Positions 17,183 to 27,653 of a DNA stretch of 32,000 bases are shown here, piece after piece. Where the stretch lies: NCBI RefSeq assembly GCF_000023205.1, contig NC_012803.1, forward strand, positions 60,001-92,000, read 5' to 3'. The notes below the pieces were generated by a model. The model made no database searches. It was not told where the DNA came from and saw only the letters and a list, made by a program, of their open reading frames with translations. The translations under genes and the position numbers were made by a program. The DNA comes from Micrococcus luteus NCTC 2665 (GTDB lineage: Bacteria; Actinomycetota; Actinomycetes; Actinomycetales; Micrococcaceae). Position 1 is the stretch's first letter, and each line of letters opens with the position of its first letter.

Positions 17183-19465
17183 TCAGGTGGACGGCGGCGG
17201 GTCGATCGAGGGCTCGGGGTCCGGCGTCAGCGTCGGCAGCGGGTCCACCGGCGTCGCGGTGGGCGACGTGCTCGGCGGCTGCCCGGTCGGCTCCGACGGG
17301 GCCGCCGACGTCGGTGACGGGCTCTGCGTCGGCGACGGCGTCTCGGTCGTCGTCGGCTCGGGGCTGGGCGTGGCCGAGGCGGACGGCGAGGGTGACGGCT
17401 CCGCGCTCTCGGAGGGCTCGGGGCTCTCCGTCGGCGGGGGGCTCGGTGATGCGGACGCCGACGGCGTGGGCTCGGGCGCCTCGCTGGATGGCGGGGCCGG
17501 CTCGGAGGGCTCGGCCGTGGGCGCGATCCACGAGGAAGCGGTCAGGGTCAGGGAGGAACGGTTGTCCACGCGGACGCCGGCGGGCGGATCCTGGGCCACG
17601 ACCGTGCCCGTGTCGGTGGTCGCGCCGTCCTCGTCCTGGATCCGCACGCGCAGCTCGGGGGCGCTCAGCGCCAGCTGACGCCGAGCGTCCGGAGCGCTCA
17701 TCCCCACCACGTCCGGCACGGCGACCATGCCGCTGGACAGGTGCAGCACCACGGAGGAGCCGGGCGGCACGTGCGTGCCCATCGCGGGGTCGGTGCGGGC
17801 GAGCAGCCCGCGCTCGAGTCGGCCGTCGTCCTGGTACTGCACGGAGGAGACGCGCAGGCCCAGGCGTTCCAACTCGCGGCGGGCCGCGTCCTCGGACAGC
17901 CCCTGCAGGGAGTCGGACAGCGCGATGCCCTCCTTGCCGCGGGACACTCGTATCCGCACCTTGGCCCCGCGGGGCACCTCCGTGCCCGTCGGCGGGTCGC
18001 TCTGGGTGACGGTCCCGTCCGGGGCGTCGGCCATGTACGCGGACGAGACGATGGCCACCAGACCTGCGTCCTCGAGCGCCGCGACCGCCTCGTCCTGCTG
18101 CAGCCCCACCACCGCGGGCACCTCCACGGTGGTGCGCAGGGCTGCCGCGAGCCACGGCGTCAGGACCAGGGCCAGCGCGACCAGGACCGCGCCGGCCGCC
18201 AGGAGCGTGCGCCGGCGGAGGCGCCGGCGGACGCGACGGTGCGTGGCCGTCGCTGGCGCCGGCGTGTCCCCTTGCGGTTCGGGCCGGGGCGTCGCGGCCG
18301 CACCGGGCATCACCGGCTGGCCGACCGTCACCGGGCGGGGGCCGTCCATGGCGGCGGCGGCGGCAAGCTGCGCGGCGGAGGCGGCGCCGGGCAGTCCCGC
18401 ACCCGCCACGGCATGGTTCGCCGCCTGGGGCTGTGCGGCGTCCGGCTCGGCCGGGACGGAGGGCGTCGGCCGGGTCAGCGGGACCGCGGCCATCGGCACG
18501 TCGGCCCCGTGCTCCGCGGCCGCGGCGCCCAGCACCGCGCCGCCCGCGCCGACGAGGGCGGGAGGGAAGGCATCGAGCGGCGAGGTGTGACGGCCGGGGC
18601 CGGCGTGCGGATCCGCCGCGGCCTCCTCGAGGGCCGCGAGGAACGCGGTGCCCGTGGGGAACCGGTCCTCCGGATCCTTGCGCAGGGCGCGCAGCACCAC
18701 GGGGTCGAACGCGGGCGGCAGGTCGGGGTCGACGTCGGAGGGCGCCGGCGGCTCCTCGCGCACGTGCTGGTAGGCCACGGCCAGCGGCGTGTCGCCCGTG
18801 AAGGGGGGCCGGCCCGTGAGCAGCTCGAACAGCAGGCAGCCGGCCGCGTAGAGGTCGGCGCGGCTGTCCACGGTGCGGCCCGTCGCCTGCTCCGGGGCCA
18901 GATAGAGGGCGGTGCCCACCACGGCCTGGGTCTGCGACGTGGTGGCGGAGGTGTCTGCCAGCGCGTGGGCGATCCCGAAGTCCATCACCTTCACGGTGCC
19001 CGTGTCCGTGACCATGACGTTCGCGGGCTTCACGTCGCGGTGGACGATGCCCTCCTCGTGCGCGTGCTCGAGCGCTTCCAGCACGCCCCGGGTCCAGGCC
19101 ACGGCGCGGTCCGGGCCCACGGCGCCCTCGGCGTGCAGGATCTCCCGCAGCGTCCGGCCGGAGACGAGCTCCATCACCAGGAACGGGCAGTCCACCGGAT
19201 GGAGGCCGTCCTCGAGGGAGACCTCGCCCGTGTCGTACACGGAGACGATCGAGGGGTGGTTCAGGGAGGCCGCCGAGCGCGCCTCCTTGCGGAAGCGCGC
19301 CTGGAAGTGCGGATCGCGCGCCAGGTCCCGGCGCATCAGCTTGACCGCCACCGGGCGGTGCAGCCGCAGGTCCTCCCCGCGGAAGACGTCCGCCATGCCG
19401 CCGCGCCCGATCAGCTCACCGATCCGGTACCGCTCGTTCAGGGTCCTCTGCTCGTCCACAGACAC
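17183..19465 (-). CDS. pknB: Ser/Thr protein kinase PknB with extracellular PASTA repeats and Pro/Ser/Thr/Glu-rich tail
   Basis: 760-aa ORF. Kinase motifs HRDVKPANVM, DFGIA and APE. One TM helix (LLAAGAVLVALALVL), three PASTA-like repeats, then a 113-aa low-complexity PSTE tail. Confidence 0.93.
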   Translation of the reverse strand: MSVDEQRTLNERYRIGELIGRGGMADVFRGEDLRLHRPVAVKLMRRDLARDPHFQARFRKEARSAASLNHPSIVSVYDTGEVSLEDGLHPVDCPFLVMELVSGRTLREILHAEGAVGPDRAVAWTRGVLEALEHAHEEGIVHRDVKPANVMVTDTGTVKVMDFGIAHALADTSATTSQTQAVVGTALYLAPEQATGRTVDSRADLYAAGCLLFELLTGRPPFTGDTPLAVAYQHVREEPPAPSDVDPDLPPAFDPVVLRALRKDPEDRFPTGTAFLAALEEAAADPHAGPGRHTSPLDAFPPALVGAGGAVLGAAAAEHGADVPMAAVPLTRPTPSVPAEPDAAQPQAANHAVAGAGLPGAASAAQLAAAAAMDGPRPVTVGQPVMPGAAATPRPEPQGDTPAPATATHRRVRRRLRRRTLLAAGAVLVALALVLTPWLAAALRTTVEVPAVVGLQQDEAVAALEDAGLVAIVSSAYMADAPDGTVTQSDPPTGTEVPRGAKVRIRVSRGKEGIALSDSLQGLSEDAARRELERLGLRVSSVQYQDDGRLERGLLARTDPAMGTHVPPGSSVVLHLSSGMVAVPDVVGMSAPDARRQLALSAPELRVRIQDEDGATTDTGTVVAQDPPAGVRVDNRSSLTLTASSWIAPTAEPSEPAPPSSEAPEPTPSASASPSPPPTESPEPSESAEPSPSPSASATPSPEPTTTETPSPTQSPSPTSAAPSEPTGQPPSTSPTATPVDPLPTLTPDPEPSIDPPPST

Positions 19466-19491
19466 GTCCGCGTGGTCGTCCCGCCCGCCGC

Positions 19492-21606
19492 TCAGGCGGA
19501 GGGCGTGGCGTCGGCGGAGGAGGCCTCCGCGCCACGCGCGTCGGCGGAGGAGGCATCCGCGCCACGCGCGTCGGCGGAGGAGGCATCCGCGCCGCGCGCG
19601 TCGGCGGACGGGTCGGTGGTGGGCTGGCCCGTCGGCGCCGTGGACTCCCCGGAGGACTCCGTCGTCGGATCCCCCGTGGGCGTCGTCGGCTCCTCGGTCG
19701 GCTCCGGCATGGGCTCCGGGTCGGCGGTGGCCGTCGGGGATTCGGCGGTGGGGGACGGGCTGGGCTCGTCCGAGGCCGACGGGCTCGGCTCGCTGCTCGG
19801 CTCCTCCGACGCGCTGGGCTCCGGCTCCGAGGCGGGCTGGGAGGCCTCGCGGGTCGGCGCGGCGTCGGACCCGCCGGTGGCCACGATCAGCTGCACGTGC
19901 GTGTCATAGCGGTGACGCTCGCCCTCGCCGGGCACCACGCGCACCACCTCGCCGTCGGCGCCGTCGGCGGACGGGTCGTCCACCCGGTCCACGGTGAAGC
20001 CGCGGTCGCGCAGCGTCTGGATCGCGCTGTCCACGGGCTGGCCCACGAGACCCTCCGGGATGACGCCCTCCCCGGTGGAGACGGCCAGCGTGACGGTCTC
20101 ACCGCGCTGCAGCGCCCCCACGGGGTTGATCTCCTCGACGGTGCCCTGCGGGCTCTGCGCGTCGCGGTCCTCCTCACGCACCGCCAGGCCGAGTCCCTCG
20201 AGCTCGGTGCGCACCTCGCTCACGGGGCGACCCTTGTACGCCTCCGGGTCCACGTGCACGGACGACTCCTCCTGCGAGGTCGCCGGCGCCGAGCCGCCGT
20301 CGCCGCGGCCACCCGTGAGCAGCGGCCACAGCAGCGCCCCCAGCAGGGCGAACACCACGAGCCCGAGCAGCGCCCACAGCGGCCAGGGGTTGGCGCGTCG
20401 CCGGCGGGCGGGCGCGGAGCCGCCCCCGGCGGGCGGGCCCGGGTCCACGACGTCCCCCGGGCGGGTCTGCTGGTCGCGCACGGCGGCGATCTCGTGGTCG
20501 CGCGTGCGCGCGCTCGCGGCGGCGCCGGCCGCACCGGCTGCGCCCACGGCCGCCGCACCGGCGGCGCCGGGGCCGCGGGCGTCGTCGTCGGTGCGGGGCT
20601 GGGCCGCGGTCACCGGCAGCGCCGCGGTGGCGGGGAAGCCGTCCGCCCGGGTGCCCTCGGCGCGGGGATGGGTGGTGCGCATGCCGTCGTAGTCCAGGGG
20701 AGCGGTCTCGGCGCCCGAGGGGTCGGCCACGCCCTGCTCCTCGAGGAAGACGGCCAGGCCGGGCACGGCCTCCACAGCGCCGCGGGTGTCCTTGCGGCGC
20801 AGCGCGTCGGCGGCGTCCGAGAGCGCGGTCGCGTCCGACGGCCGCTCCTTGGGGTCCTTCGAGAGCATGCACATGATCAGGGCGCGCACCGGGGCCGGGA
20901 CGGTGTCCGGCAGGGGCGGCGGGGTGTCGTTGACCTGGGCGAGCGCGATCGCGATCTGGGACTCGCCCGTGAACGGGCGATGCCCGGCGAGGGCCTCGTA
21001 GCCGATGATGCCCAGCGAGTAGAGGTCGGAGGAGCCGGTGGCCTGCTGCCCCGTGGCCTGCTCGGGCGCGAGGTACTGGGCGGTGCCCATCACCTGGCCG
21101 GTGGCCGTGAGCGGGACCTGGTCCGCCAGGCGCGCGATGCCGAAGTCCGTCACCTTCACCCGGCCGGTGGGCGTGATCATGAGGTTGCCGGGCTTGACGT
21201 CGCGGTGCACGAGCCCCTGGGCGTGGGCAGCCGAGAGCGCGGCCGCCGTCTGCGCGATGATCCGCAGGGTCCGCTCGGGGGAGAGCACCTTCTCCTTCTC
21301 GAGGATGGAGGACAGCGGCTGGCCCGGCACGAGCTCCATGACGAGGTAGGCGGAGCCCTTCTCCTCGCCGTAGTCGTAGACGTTGGCGACGCCGGGGTGG
21401 TTCAGCAGCGCGGTGTGCTGGGCCTCCGCCCGGAAGCGGCGCAGGAAGTTGGGGTCACCTGTGTACTCCTCCTTGAGGATCTTCACGGCGGTGATCCGGC
21501 CCAGGACCTTGTCCCGCGCCTTCCACACCTCGCCCATGCCGCCGATCGCGATGCGATCGGTCAGCTGGTACCTGCCGCCGAGGGTGATGCCCGATGTCGG
21601 CCTCAT
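19492..21606 (-). CDS. pknA: Ser/Thr protein kinase (PknA-position paralogue) with extracellular PASTA-like repeats
   Basis: 704-aa ORF. Kinase motifs [15 protein letters not shown] and APE. TM helix [20 protein letters not shown]. Two PASTA-like repeats and an acidic PSTE tail with a tandem repeat. It lies 26 nt upstream of pknB. Confidence 0.9.
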   Translation of the reverse strand: MRPTSGITLGGRYQLTDRIAIGGMGEVWKARDKVLGRITAVKILKEEYTGDPNFLRRFRAEAQHTALLNHPGVANVYDYGEEKGSAYLVMELVPGQPLSSILEKEKVLSPERTLRIIAQTAAALSAAHAQGLVHRDVKPGNLMITPTGRVKVTDFGIARLADQVPLTATGQVMGTAQYLAPEQATGQQATGSSDLYSLGIIGYEALAGHRPFTGESQIAIALAQVNDTPPPLPDTVPAPVRALIMCMLSKDPKERPSDATALSDAADALRRKDTRGAVEAVPGLAVFLEEQGVADPSGAETAPLDYDGMRTTHPRAEGTRADGFPATAALPVTAAQPRTDDDARGPGAAGAAAVGAAGAAGAAASARTRDHEIAAVRDQQTRPGDVVDPGPPAGGGSAPARRRRANPWPLWALLGLVVFALLGALLWPLLTGGRGDGGSAPATSQEESSVHVDPEAYKGRPVSEVRTELEGLGLAVREEDRDAQSPQGTVEEINPVGALQRGETVTLAVSTGEGVIPEGLVGQPVDSAIQTLRDRGFTVDRVDDPSADGADGEVVRVVPGEGERHRYDTHVQLIVATGGSDAAPTREASQPASEPEPSASEEPSSEPSPSASDEPSPSPTAESPTATADPEPMPEPTEEPTTPTGDPTTESSGESTAPTGQPTTDPSADARGADASSADARGADASSADARGAEASSADATPSA
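19509..19608 (-). repeat. 3.3 copies of a 30-bp in-frame tandem repeat at the 3' end of the pknA-like gene (encodes [10 protein letters not shown] units)
   Basis: Copies at 19509..19538, 19539..19568 and 19569..19598 differ at 1-2 positions. A partial fourth copy runs to 19608. Confidence 0.85.
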
Positions 21607-23048
21607 TCCGTGACCACCGCTTCCATGATTGCCTTCATGCCACTGACGACTGTCTGATGTCCAACCCCCGGCGGCTCGTCCTCCACCACGATCGTCACGG
21701 CCGCCCGGGGGTTCTCGCTCGCGTCGAAGCCGGTGATCCAGGAGTGCACGTTGCCCGTGTCCCCGACCTCGGCCGTGCCCGACTTCGCCGCGATCCGCAC
21801 CGTGTCCGACTGCACGGATCCCAGGATGCCGTCCTCCACCGCCGAGACCATCATGTCCGAGACCTGCCCGGCCACCTCGGGGGTCGTGGCCCGGCCGCGC
21901 TCACGGGGGCTGAACTCCTGCACCGTGGTGAGGTCCGAACGGCGGACCGCCTTGATCAGCTGCGGCTCCATGACCACGCCGTCGTTCGCGATGCCGGCGG
22001 CCACCATGGCCATCTGCAGCGCGGTGGCCTGCACGTCCCGCTGGCCGATCGAGGACTGCGCCAGCGCGGCGTCGTCCAGGTCGGAGGGGAACACGGAGGC
22101 GGTCACGGGCAGCGGGTATTCGAAGGAGTCGTTGAAGCCGAACCGCTCGGCGGCCTCCCGGATCCGGTCCTGGCCCAGCTCGACGGCGGCCATGGCGAAC
22201 GGGGTGTTGCAGGACTGTGCCAGCGCCCATGTGAGGGTCTGACGCCCCACGGTGTTGCACGGTGAGCCGTCGTAGTTGGGCAGCTCCGTGGTCGTGCCGG
22301 GCAGCGTCCACGCGGCGGGGATGTCCACCGTCCCGTCCGGGGTGTAGTCACCGGACTCGAGCATGGCCACCGCGTCGATGAGCTTGAACGTGGAGCCGGG
22401 GGACACGAGCTGCTCCGAGGCGCGGTTGCGGTACGCGCTGGCACCGGGGATCTGATCGATCGCGGCCATCGCCGCCTGCGCCTCGGCCGGGTTGTGCGAG
22501 GAGAGCGCGTTGGGGTCGAAGCTCGGCTTCGACACCATGGCCAGGATCTCGCCCGTCGTCGGGTCCGTGACCACGGCGGAGGCGCGCACGCCGTCCGGGA
22601 GCGCGTCGTACGCCAGACGCTGCAGCTCGGGGTCGATCGTCAGCTCCACCTGGTCGCCCTCGGGCGTGGCACCCGTGATGATCTCCATGGCGCGGTCCAC
22701 GAACTGGGACGTGGGGGTGCCGGAGAGCTGCTCGTTCATGGCCGCCTCCAGCCCGGCGGTGCCGTAGGTGAGCGAATAGAAGCCCGTGAGCGGGGCGTAC
22801 AGCTCGGGCTCGTGGTAGACGCGCTGGTAGTGGTACGCGTCGTCGGAGGGGACGGACTCGGCGATCGGCTCGCCGTCCACGAGGATCGGCCCGCGCGGGG
22901 CGCCGAACTCCAGGAACATCTGCCGCGAGTTCAGGGCGTGCGTCTTGAGCTGGTCCGCGGCCAGCACCTGGATGACGGACGCAGCCAGCGCGAGCACCAG
23001 GATCATGGCCGCCATGACGGTCCACGTGCGTCGGATCGCCTCGTTCAC
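21603..23048 (-). CDS. pbpA: Class-B penicillin-binding protein / D,D-transpeptidase PbpA
   Basis: 481-aa ORF with motifs STFK (SxxK), SCN (SxN) and KSGT (KTG-like), plus an N-terminal TM anchor. There is a 4-nt overlap with the kinase gene start. Confidence 0.92.
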   Translation of the reverse strand: MNEAIRRTWTVMAAMILVLALAASVIQVLAADQLKTHALNSRQMFLEFGAPRGPILVDGEPIAESVPSDDAYHYQRVYHEPELYAPLTGFYSLTYGTAGLEAAMNEQLSGTPTSQFVDRAMEIITGATPEGDQVELTIDPELQRLAYDALPDGVRASAVVTDPTTGEILAMVSKPSFDPNALSSHNPAEAQAAMAAIDQIPGASAYRNRASEQLVSPGSTFKLIDAVAMLESGDYTPDGTVDIPAAWTLPGTTTELPNYDGSPCNTVGRQTLTWALAQSCNTPFAMAAVELGQDRIREAAERFGFNDSFEYPLPVTASVFPSDLDDAALAQSSIGQRDVQATALQMAMVAAGIANDGVVMEPQLIKAVRRSDLTTVQEFSPRERGRATTPEVAGQVSDMMVSAVEDGILGSVQSDTVRIAAKSGTAEVGDTGNVHSWITGFDASENPRAAVTIVVEDEPPGVGHQTVVSGMKAIMEAVVTE

Positions 23049-24469
23049 CGCTCCTCACCTCCTCCCGGGGGCACAGCGGCCGCCGGGAGCGCCGTGCCGG
23101 GGTCGAGGTGGCCGGCGCCGGGCCCGGACGCGTTGACCATCCCGTCCACGACCGCGGGACGGCGGGCGGCGTTCGAGATGCGCAGCACGAGCCCCACGAT
23201 GATCCAGTTGGCCAGCAGCGACGAGCCGCCGGCGGCGAGGAACGGCGTCGTGAGGCCGGTGAGCGGCAGCACGAGGGTCACACCGCCCATCACCACGAAC
23301 ACCTGCCACGCCATGGTGAAGGCCAGGCCGGAGGCGAGCACCTTGCCGAACGCGTCGCGCACGCCGAGGGCGGCGCGCATCATGCGGGTGACGAGCAGGA
23401 AGTACAGGACGAGCACGGCGGCCAGGCCCACGAAGCCGAGCTCCTCGCCGATGGCCGTGAGGATCATGTCCGAGAAGGACAGCGGCACCTGGGTGGGGTT
23501 GCCCGCGCCCAGGCCGGTGCCCATCAGCCCGCCCGAGGCCATCGCGAACAGGCCCTGGACGACCTGGTAGGAGCCGCCGAAGTCGCGATGGTAGATCTCG
23601 GGGTCGAAGGCCCTCAGCCAGATCTCGAACCGGGCGGTCACGTGCGGCATGAACAGGAACGCCAGCGCCGCGCCGAAGGCGATCAGGCCCAGGCCGAGGA
23701 GGATCCAGGAGGCGCGGGACGTGGCGATGTAGAGCATCGCCATGAACATGCCGAAGAACAGCAGGGCCGAGCCCAGGTCGCGCTGGAACACGAGCACGCC
23801 GAGCGCCAGGAGCCAGCCGGCCAGCAACGGGCCGAGGTCCCGGGCTCGGGGGAAGGTCACCGGGCCCACGCGGCGGCCGGCCAGCAGGATCAGGTCGCGG
23901 TTCGCGGAGAGGTAGCCGGCGAAGAAGATGGCCAGCGTGATCTTGGCGATCTCGCCGGGCTGGAAGGTGCCGAAGCCGACGTCGATCCAGATCCGCGCCC
24001 CGTACATGCTCAGGCCCAGCCCGGGCACGAGCGGCAGGAGCAGCAGCACGCCGGACGCGGCGAGGAACAGGTACGGCCAGCGCCGCAGCACCCGGTGGTC
24101 GCGCACCAGGAACACCAGGGCGGAGGCCACCAGGACGGCCAGGACGGACCACACGAGCTGCGAGGTGGGGTTGGCCATCGCGGCGTCCTGGCTCAGCCGG
24201 TGGATCATGGCCAGGCCCAGCCCGTTGAGCAGGGCGGTGATCGGCAGCATGAACGGGTCCGCGTAGGGGGCCCGCAGCCGCAGGACCACGTGCAGCACGA
24301 GGGTGGCCGCGCCGAAGATGCCCAGCGGCACCCAGGCGGTGGAGTCCAGCGGGGCGTCCGTGCCGATCATGCCCAGCAGGTCCGCCCCCAGGGCGATGGC
24401 CAGGGCGGCCAGCAGTAGGACCAGTTCGATGTTCCGGCGCGGGCGTGCGGGGGAGATCACCTCGGTCAC
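23045..24469 (-). CDS. rodA: FtsW/RodA/SpoVE-family peptidoglycan glycosyltransferase
   Basis: 474-aa polytopic membrane ORF with SEDS-type motifs (FQPGEIAKI, PLTGLTTPFLAAGGSSL). There are 4-nt overlaps with both pbpA and pstP. Confidence 0.92.
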   Translation of the reverse strand: MTEVISPARPRRNIELVLLLAALAIALGADLLGMIGTDAPLDSTAWVPLGIFGAATLVLHVVLRLRAPYADPFMLPITALLNGLGLAMIHRLSQDAAMANPTSQLVWSVLAVLVASALVFLVRDHRVLRRWPYLFLAASGVLLLLPLVPGLGLSMYGARIWIDVGFGTFQPGEIAKITLAIFFAGYLSANRDLILLAGRRVGPVTFPRARDLGPLLAGWLLALGVLVFQRDLGSALLFFGMFMAMLYIATSRASWILLGLGLIAFGAALAFLFMPHVTARFEIWLRAFDPEIYHRDFGGSYQVVQGLFAMASGGLMGTGLGAGNPTQVPLSFSDMILTAIGEELGFVGLAAVLVLYFLLVTRMMRAALGVRDAFGKVLASGLAFTMAWQVFVVMGGVTLVLPLTGLTTPFLAAGGSSLLANWIIVGLVLRISNAARRPAVVDGMVNASGPGAGHLDPGTALPAAAVPPGGGEER

Positions 24470-26181
24470 GGGGCCTCACCTCCCGTCGCGCTCGGGGACG
24501 ATGCCGGGCTCGTCGGCGCGGCGGAGCCGGACGCGTCCGAGGGGCGGGCGGAGGACGACGACGGCGTCGCGCTCGGCCGGGCCCGCTCGGAGGGCTCACC
24601 GGCGGGGGCGGGGGCGTTCGGGTGCAGCGAGTCGCGCAGCTCGGCGACGATCTGCTCCGCGTGGTCCACGTCCCGGGCGGCCATGCCGGCGTTCACGCGG
24701 TCGCGTGCGTACGCGGGCAGCGCGTCCACCGGGAGGTCGGTCTGGCGGTCCACGTGGGACAGCTCGAGCGGGCCCAGCCGCTGGGAGACGCCCTTGAACA
24801 CGGCGATCCGGCCGTCGTTGGCCCCCACGTAGTACTGCGTCTGGGTCCACAGGTAGCCCCACACGGCCACGGCCGCGAGGGTGAGGGCGAGCAGCGTGGT
24901 GAATACGGGGATGAACCAGCCGCGACGGTACTGCACCGGGCGGTCGTCCTTCCCACGCCGCCGACGCGCGGCCCTGGCCTCGGAGCCGCCGGCGGGCCCG
25001 GAGGTCGCCGGGGCCGGGGTGGGGGCCGTGGCCGACGCCTCGGCGGCCTCGTCGGACGGCTGGTCGGCAGCGGTGGCGGCCGGTGTGGCGGCGGAGGAGG
25101 AGCCGACGGCGGCCGCGGTGCCGCGCGGCGCGGCGGGCGGGGCGGACGGGTCCGGGCGCGCGGCGACGTCGGGATCCGGCCCGTCCGTGAGGACGGCCGC
25201 GGTGCGCCGGGGACGGTTCTCCGGCACGGGCGTCTCGCCGAGCAGGGCAGCGGCGCGGCGGCGCGTGGAGCTGCGGGTGACCACGGGGATGCGATCGGTC
25301 CTCACAGCGTTGGAGGCCGCGCCGACGAGCAGGTGGGGTCGTGCGTCCAGGTCCTCGCGCAGCAGCAGGCCGGAGACCGGGCCGACCTCGGGCGGGTGGG
25401 CCGCGGCGAGGGCCTGCTCGGACAGGTGGACGTCCGGGACGGGGGCCAGCTCCTCCGCCGTGCCCTCCGCGATCTCGAACGCCACCACGGTGACGTTGTC
25501 CGGGGCGCCGCCCTTGAGGGTCAGGTCCACGAGGGTGTCGACGGCCTGGTTGAGAGCCTCCGAGTCCCGCAGCACCTCGTGGATCTTCTCGGGGGAGACC
25601 ACGTCCGTGAGGCCGTCCGAGCAGAACAGCCAGCGCTCTCCGGGGGCGACGGGCACCTCGAACACGTCCAGCTCGGGGGAGGCGTCCACGTCGCCGAGCA
25701 CGCGCATGAGCACGTTCTTGTTCGGATGGAACGGGGCCTCCCCGGCCTCGAGACGCCCCTCGTCCACGAGCTTCTGCACGAACGTGTGGTCCGTGGTGAC
25801 CTGGGAGAACTCGCCGTTCGCGAGCCGGTAGGCACGGGAGTCGCCGATGTGCGCGATGTGCAGCGTGGTCCCCGCGAGCAGGGCGGCGGTGCACGTGGTG
25901 CCCATGCCGGCGAGCTTGGGGTTGGCGTGCACCAGCTCGTTGAGGATCAGGTTGGCGTTCTGGATCTCGTCCGGCAGCACCGTGGCCGGGTCCTCGTAGC
26001 CCACCGCATCCAGCGGGGCCAGGTCCAGCACCGTGGACGCGCTTGCCACGTCGCCGCCCACGTGCCCGCCCATGCCGTCCGCGAGCACGACCAGATGACG
26101 GCCCACGTAGGCGGAGTCGTCGTTCTTGGCACGGACGCGGCCGACGTCGGAGCGGGCGGCGTAGCGGAGGACGAGGGTCAT
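24466..26181 (-). CDS. pstP: PP2C-family Ser/Thr phosphatase PstP
   Basis: 571-aa ORF. The PP2C catalytic domain is present (RSDVGRVRAKNDDS, LADGMGGH, FCSDGL, GGAPDNVTVV). A Pro/Ala-rich linker, one TM helix and an extracellular tail follow. Confidence 0.92.
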   Translation of the reverse strand: MTLVLRYAARSDVGRVRAKNDDSAYVGRHLVVLADGMGGHVGGDVASASTVLDLAPLDAVGYEDPATVLPDEIQNANLILNELVHANPKLAGMGTTCTAALLAGTTLHIAHIGDSRAYRLANGEFSQVTTDHTFVQKLVDEGRLEAGEAPFHPNKNVLMRVLGDVDASPELDVFEVPVAPGERWLFCSDGLTDVVSPEKIHEVLRDSEALNQAVDTLVDLTLKGGAPDNVTVVAFEIAEGTAEELAPVPDVHLSEQALAAAHPPEVGPVSGLLLREDLDARPHLLVGAASNAVRTDRIPVVTRSSTRRRAAALLGETPVPENRPRRTAAVLTDGPDPDVAARPDPSAPPAAPRGTAAAVGSSSAATPAATAADQPSDEAAEASATAPTPAPATSGPAGGSEARAARRRRGKDDRPVQYRRGWFIPVFTTLLALTLAAVAVWGYLWTQTQYYVGANDGRIAVFKGVSQRLGPLELSHVDRQTDLPVDALPAYARDRVNAGMAARDVDHAEQIVAELRDSLHPNAPAPAGEPSERARPSATPSSSSARPSDASGSAAPTSPASSPSATGGEAP

Positions 26182-26184
26182 GGG

Positions 26185-26745
26185 TCAGGCCTCGAGCTCC
26201 ATGACGGTCTTGCCGATGCGGATGGCCGTGCCGGGGCCCACGGGCACCGCGCGGGTGACGGGGGCGCCGTTGACGTAGGTGCCGTTCGTGGAGCCGAGGT
26301 CCTCGAGGAACCAGCGGGTGCCCTGGGGGAACAGCCGGGCGTGGCGGCCGGAGGCGTAGTCGTCCACGAGCACCAGGTCGGCGTCCTGGGCGCGGCCCAT
26401 CAGCAGGGGACGGCCCTCCAGGGCGATGGTCTGCCCGGCCTTCGGGCCCTCGACCACCCGCAGAGTCCGGGACAGCCGCGGGGCCGGCGTCGTCGGCGCG
26501 GACGCGGCGGGGGACGGCGTCGACGCGGGCGCGGGGCGGTCGACCGCGGACGAGCCCGCCCCGGCGGCCCCGGCCGCGGGCACCGCGGTGACCAGGCCGG
26601 CGTCGCGCTGGGCCTGCTGGAGGCGCGTCTTGTTCCGCCGGCCGACCACGAGGTCGCGGCCCTGCGCCATGACGATGGAGATGATCAGCACCCACAGGGC
26701 CAGCAGCAGGCCCATGCGGAGCACGGCGACGGCGAGCTCGCTCAT
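26185..26745 (-). CDS. fhaB: FHA-domain protein FhaB/FipA
   Basis: 186-aa ORF with an N-terminal TM helix and a C-terminal FHA domain (GRAQDADLVLVDDYASGRHARL...LEDLGSTNGTYVNG). Confidence 0.85.
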   Translation of the reverse strand: MSELAVAVLRMGLLLALWVLIISIVMAQGRDLVVGRRNKTRLQQAQRDAGLVTAVPAAGAAGAGSSAVDRPAPASTPSPAASAPTTPAPRLSRTLRVVEGPKAGQTIALEGRPLLMGRAQDADLVLVDDYASGRHARLFPQGTRWFLEDLGSTNGTYVNGAPVTRAVPVGPGTAIRIGKTVMELEA

Positions 26746-27653
26746 GCGCGGCCCCCCGTCCCGCCGAAGAACAGCAGCTCGGTCTGGCCGACGGTCACCA
26801 CGTCCCCGTCGCGCAGGGTGACGGAGCCGTCCACGCGGCGGCCGTTGACGAGCACGCCGTTGCGGCTGCCCAGGTCCAGGAGCGTGACCGTGGAGCCGAC
26901 GGTGAGCAGGCGCAGGTGCTCGCGGGACACCGAGGAGTCCGGGATCACGAGGTCGGCACGCTCGGCCGAGCGGCCGAGGATGAGGTCGTCCCCGTCCAGG
27001 GGGAGCATGCGGCCGTCCAGCTCGAGGGCCGGGCCGGCGGGCTCGGTCACGGGGCGGCCGATCACGACGGTCGGCTGGTCGGCGTGGGCGGCGGGCGCGG
27101 CCGGGGCGGCGGCCCGGCGGGGCGCCGGACGGGGTCCGACGCGCGGGGCGGGGGAGGGCTCACGGGGCGCGGCCGCCGGCAGGTCCTCGACCAGTCGGTC
27201 CGGCGCCGCGGCGGAGGCTCCCGGGCCGTGGGCGGTGGCGGGCGAGGGGCCGTCGTCGTGGGAAGCCGGGGCGGGGCGCGAGCCGTCGTCCAGGCGGGTG
27301 ACCACGCGCAGGTCCCCGGCGCGCACGTCCGCGTCAGGGTGGAAGGCGACCCGGACCGTGCCGGGCAGTGCATAGCCCTGGGAGTCGGCGTGGCGGATGA
27401 CCTCATCGCACAGCTCGCTGGCGAGGGTGGACCCCCACGAGCGGGCGCGCTCGAAGTCGGCGGGGGAGAAGTGGACCACGTAGTTGTTGGGCGCGACCGT
27501 GTGGCCCTCGGACAGCGCGAACGACTCGTCGTCCATCGCCTGTCGCAGGGCCGAGGCGATCTCCACCGGCTTGACCGCCCGCGGACCGCCGGCCGAGAAG
27601 GCCGAGCGCACGGCCCGCTCCAGGCCGCGTTCGAGGTTGTCCAGAAGTCCCAC
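26742..27653 (-). CDS. fhaA: FHA-domain protein FhaA (N-terminal FhaA/DUF3662 domain + C-terminal FHA)
   Basis: The start is taken at GTG (complement of 27651..27653), giving VGLLDNLERGLERAV..., the usual FhaA N-terminus. The product is 303 aa. The C-terminal FHA reads LGRSAERADLVIPDSSVSREHLRL...DLGSRNGVLVNG. There is a 4-nt overlap with fhaB. The longer ORF-track start at 27956 runs into the tRNA gene. Confidence 0.85.
   Translation of the reverse strand: MGLLDNLERGLERAVRSAFSAGGPRAVKPVEIASALRQAMDDESFALSEGHTVAPNNYVVHFSPADFERARSWGSTLASELCDEVIRHADSQGYALPGTVRVAFHPDADVRAGDLRVVTRLDDGSRPAPASHDDGPSPATAHGPGASAAAPDRLVEDLPAAAPREPSPAPRVGPRPAPRRAAAPAAPAAHADQPTVVIGRPVTEPAGPALELDGRMLPLDGDDLILGRSAERADLVIPDSSVSREHLRLLTVGSTVTLLDLGSRNGVLVNGRRVDGSVTLRDGDVVTVGQTELLFFGGTGGRA

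Noticed and set aside
19509-19608. 30-bp tandem repeats that might be mistaken for a CRISPR-like array.
   Set aside because: The copies are directly adjacent with no spacers. They are in frame and lie inside the kinase coding sequence, so this is a coding minisatellite rather than CRISPR.
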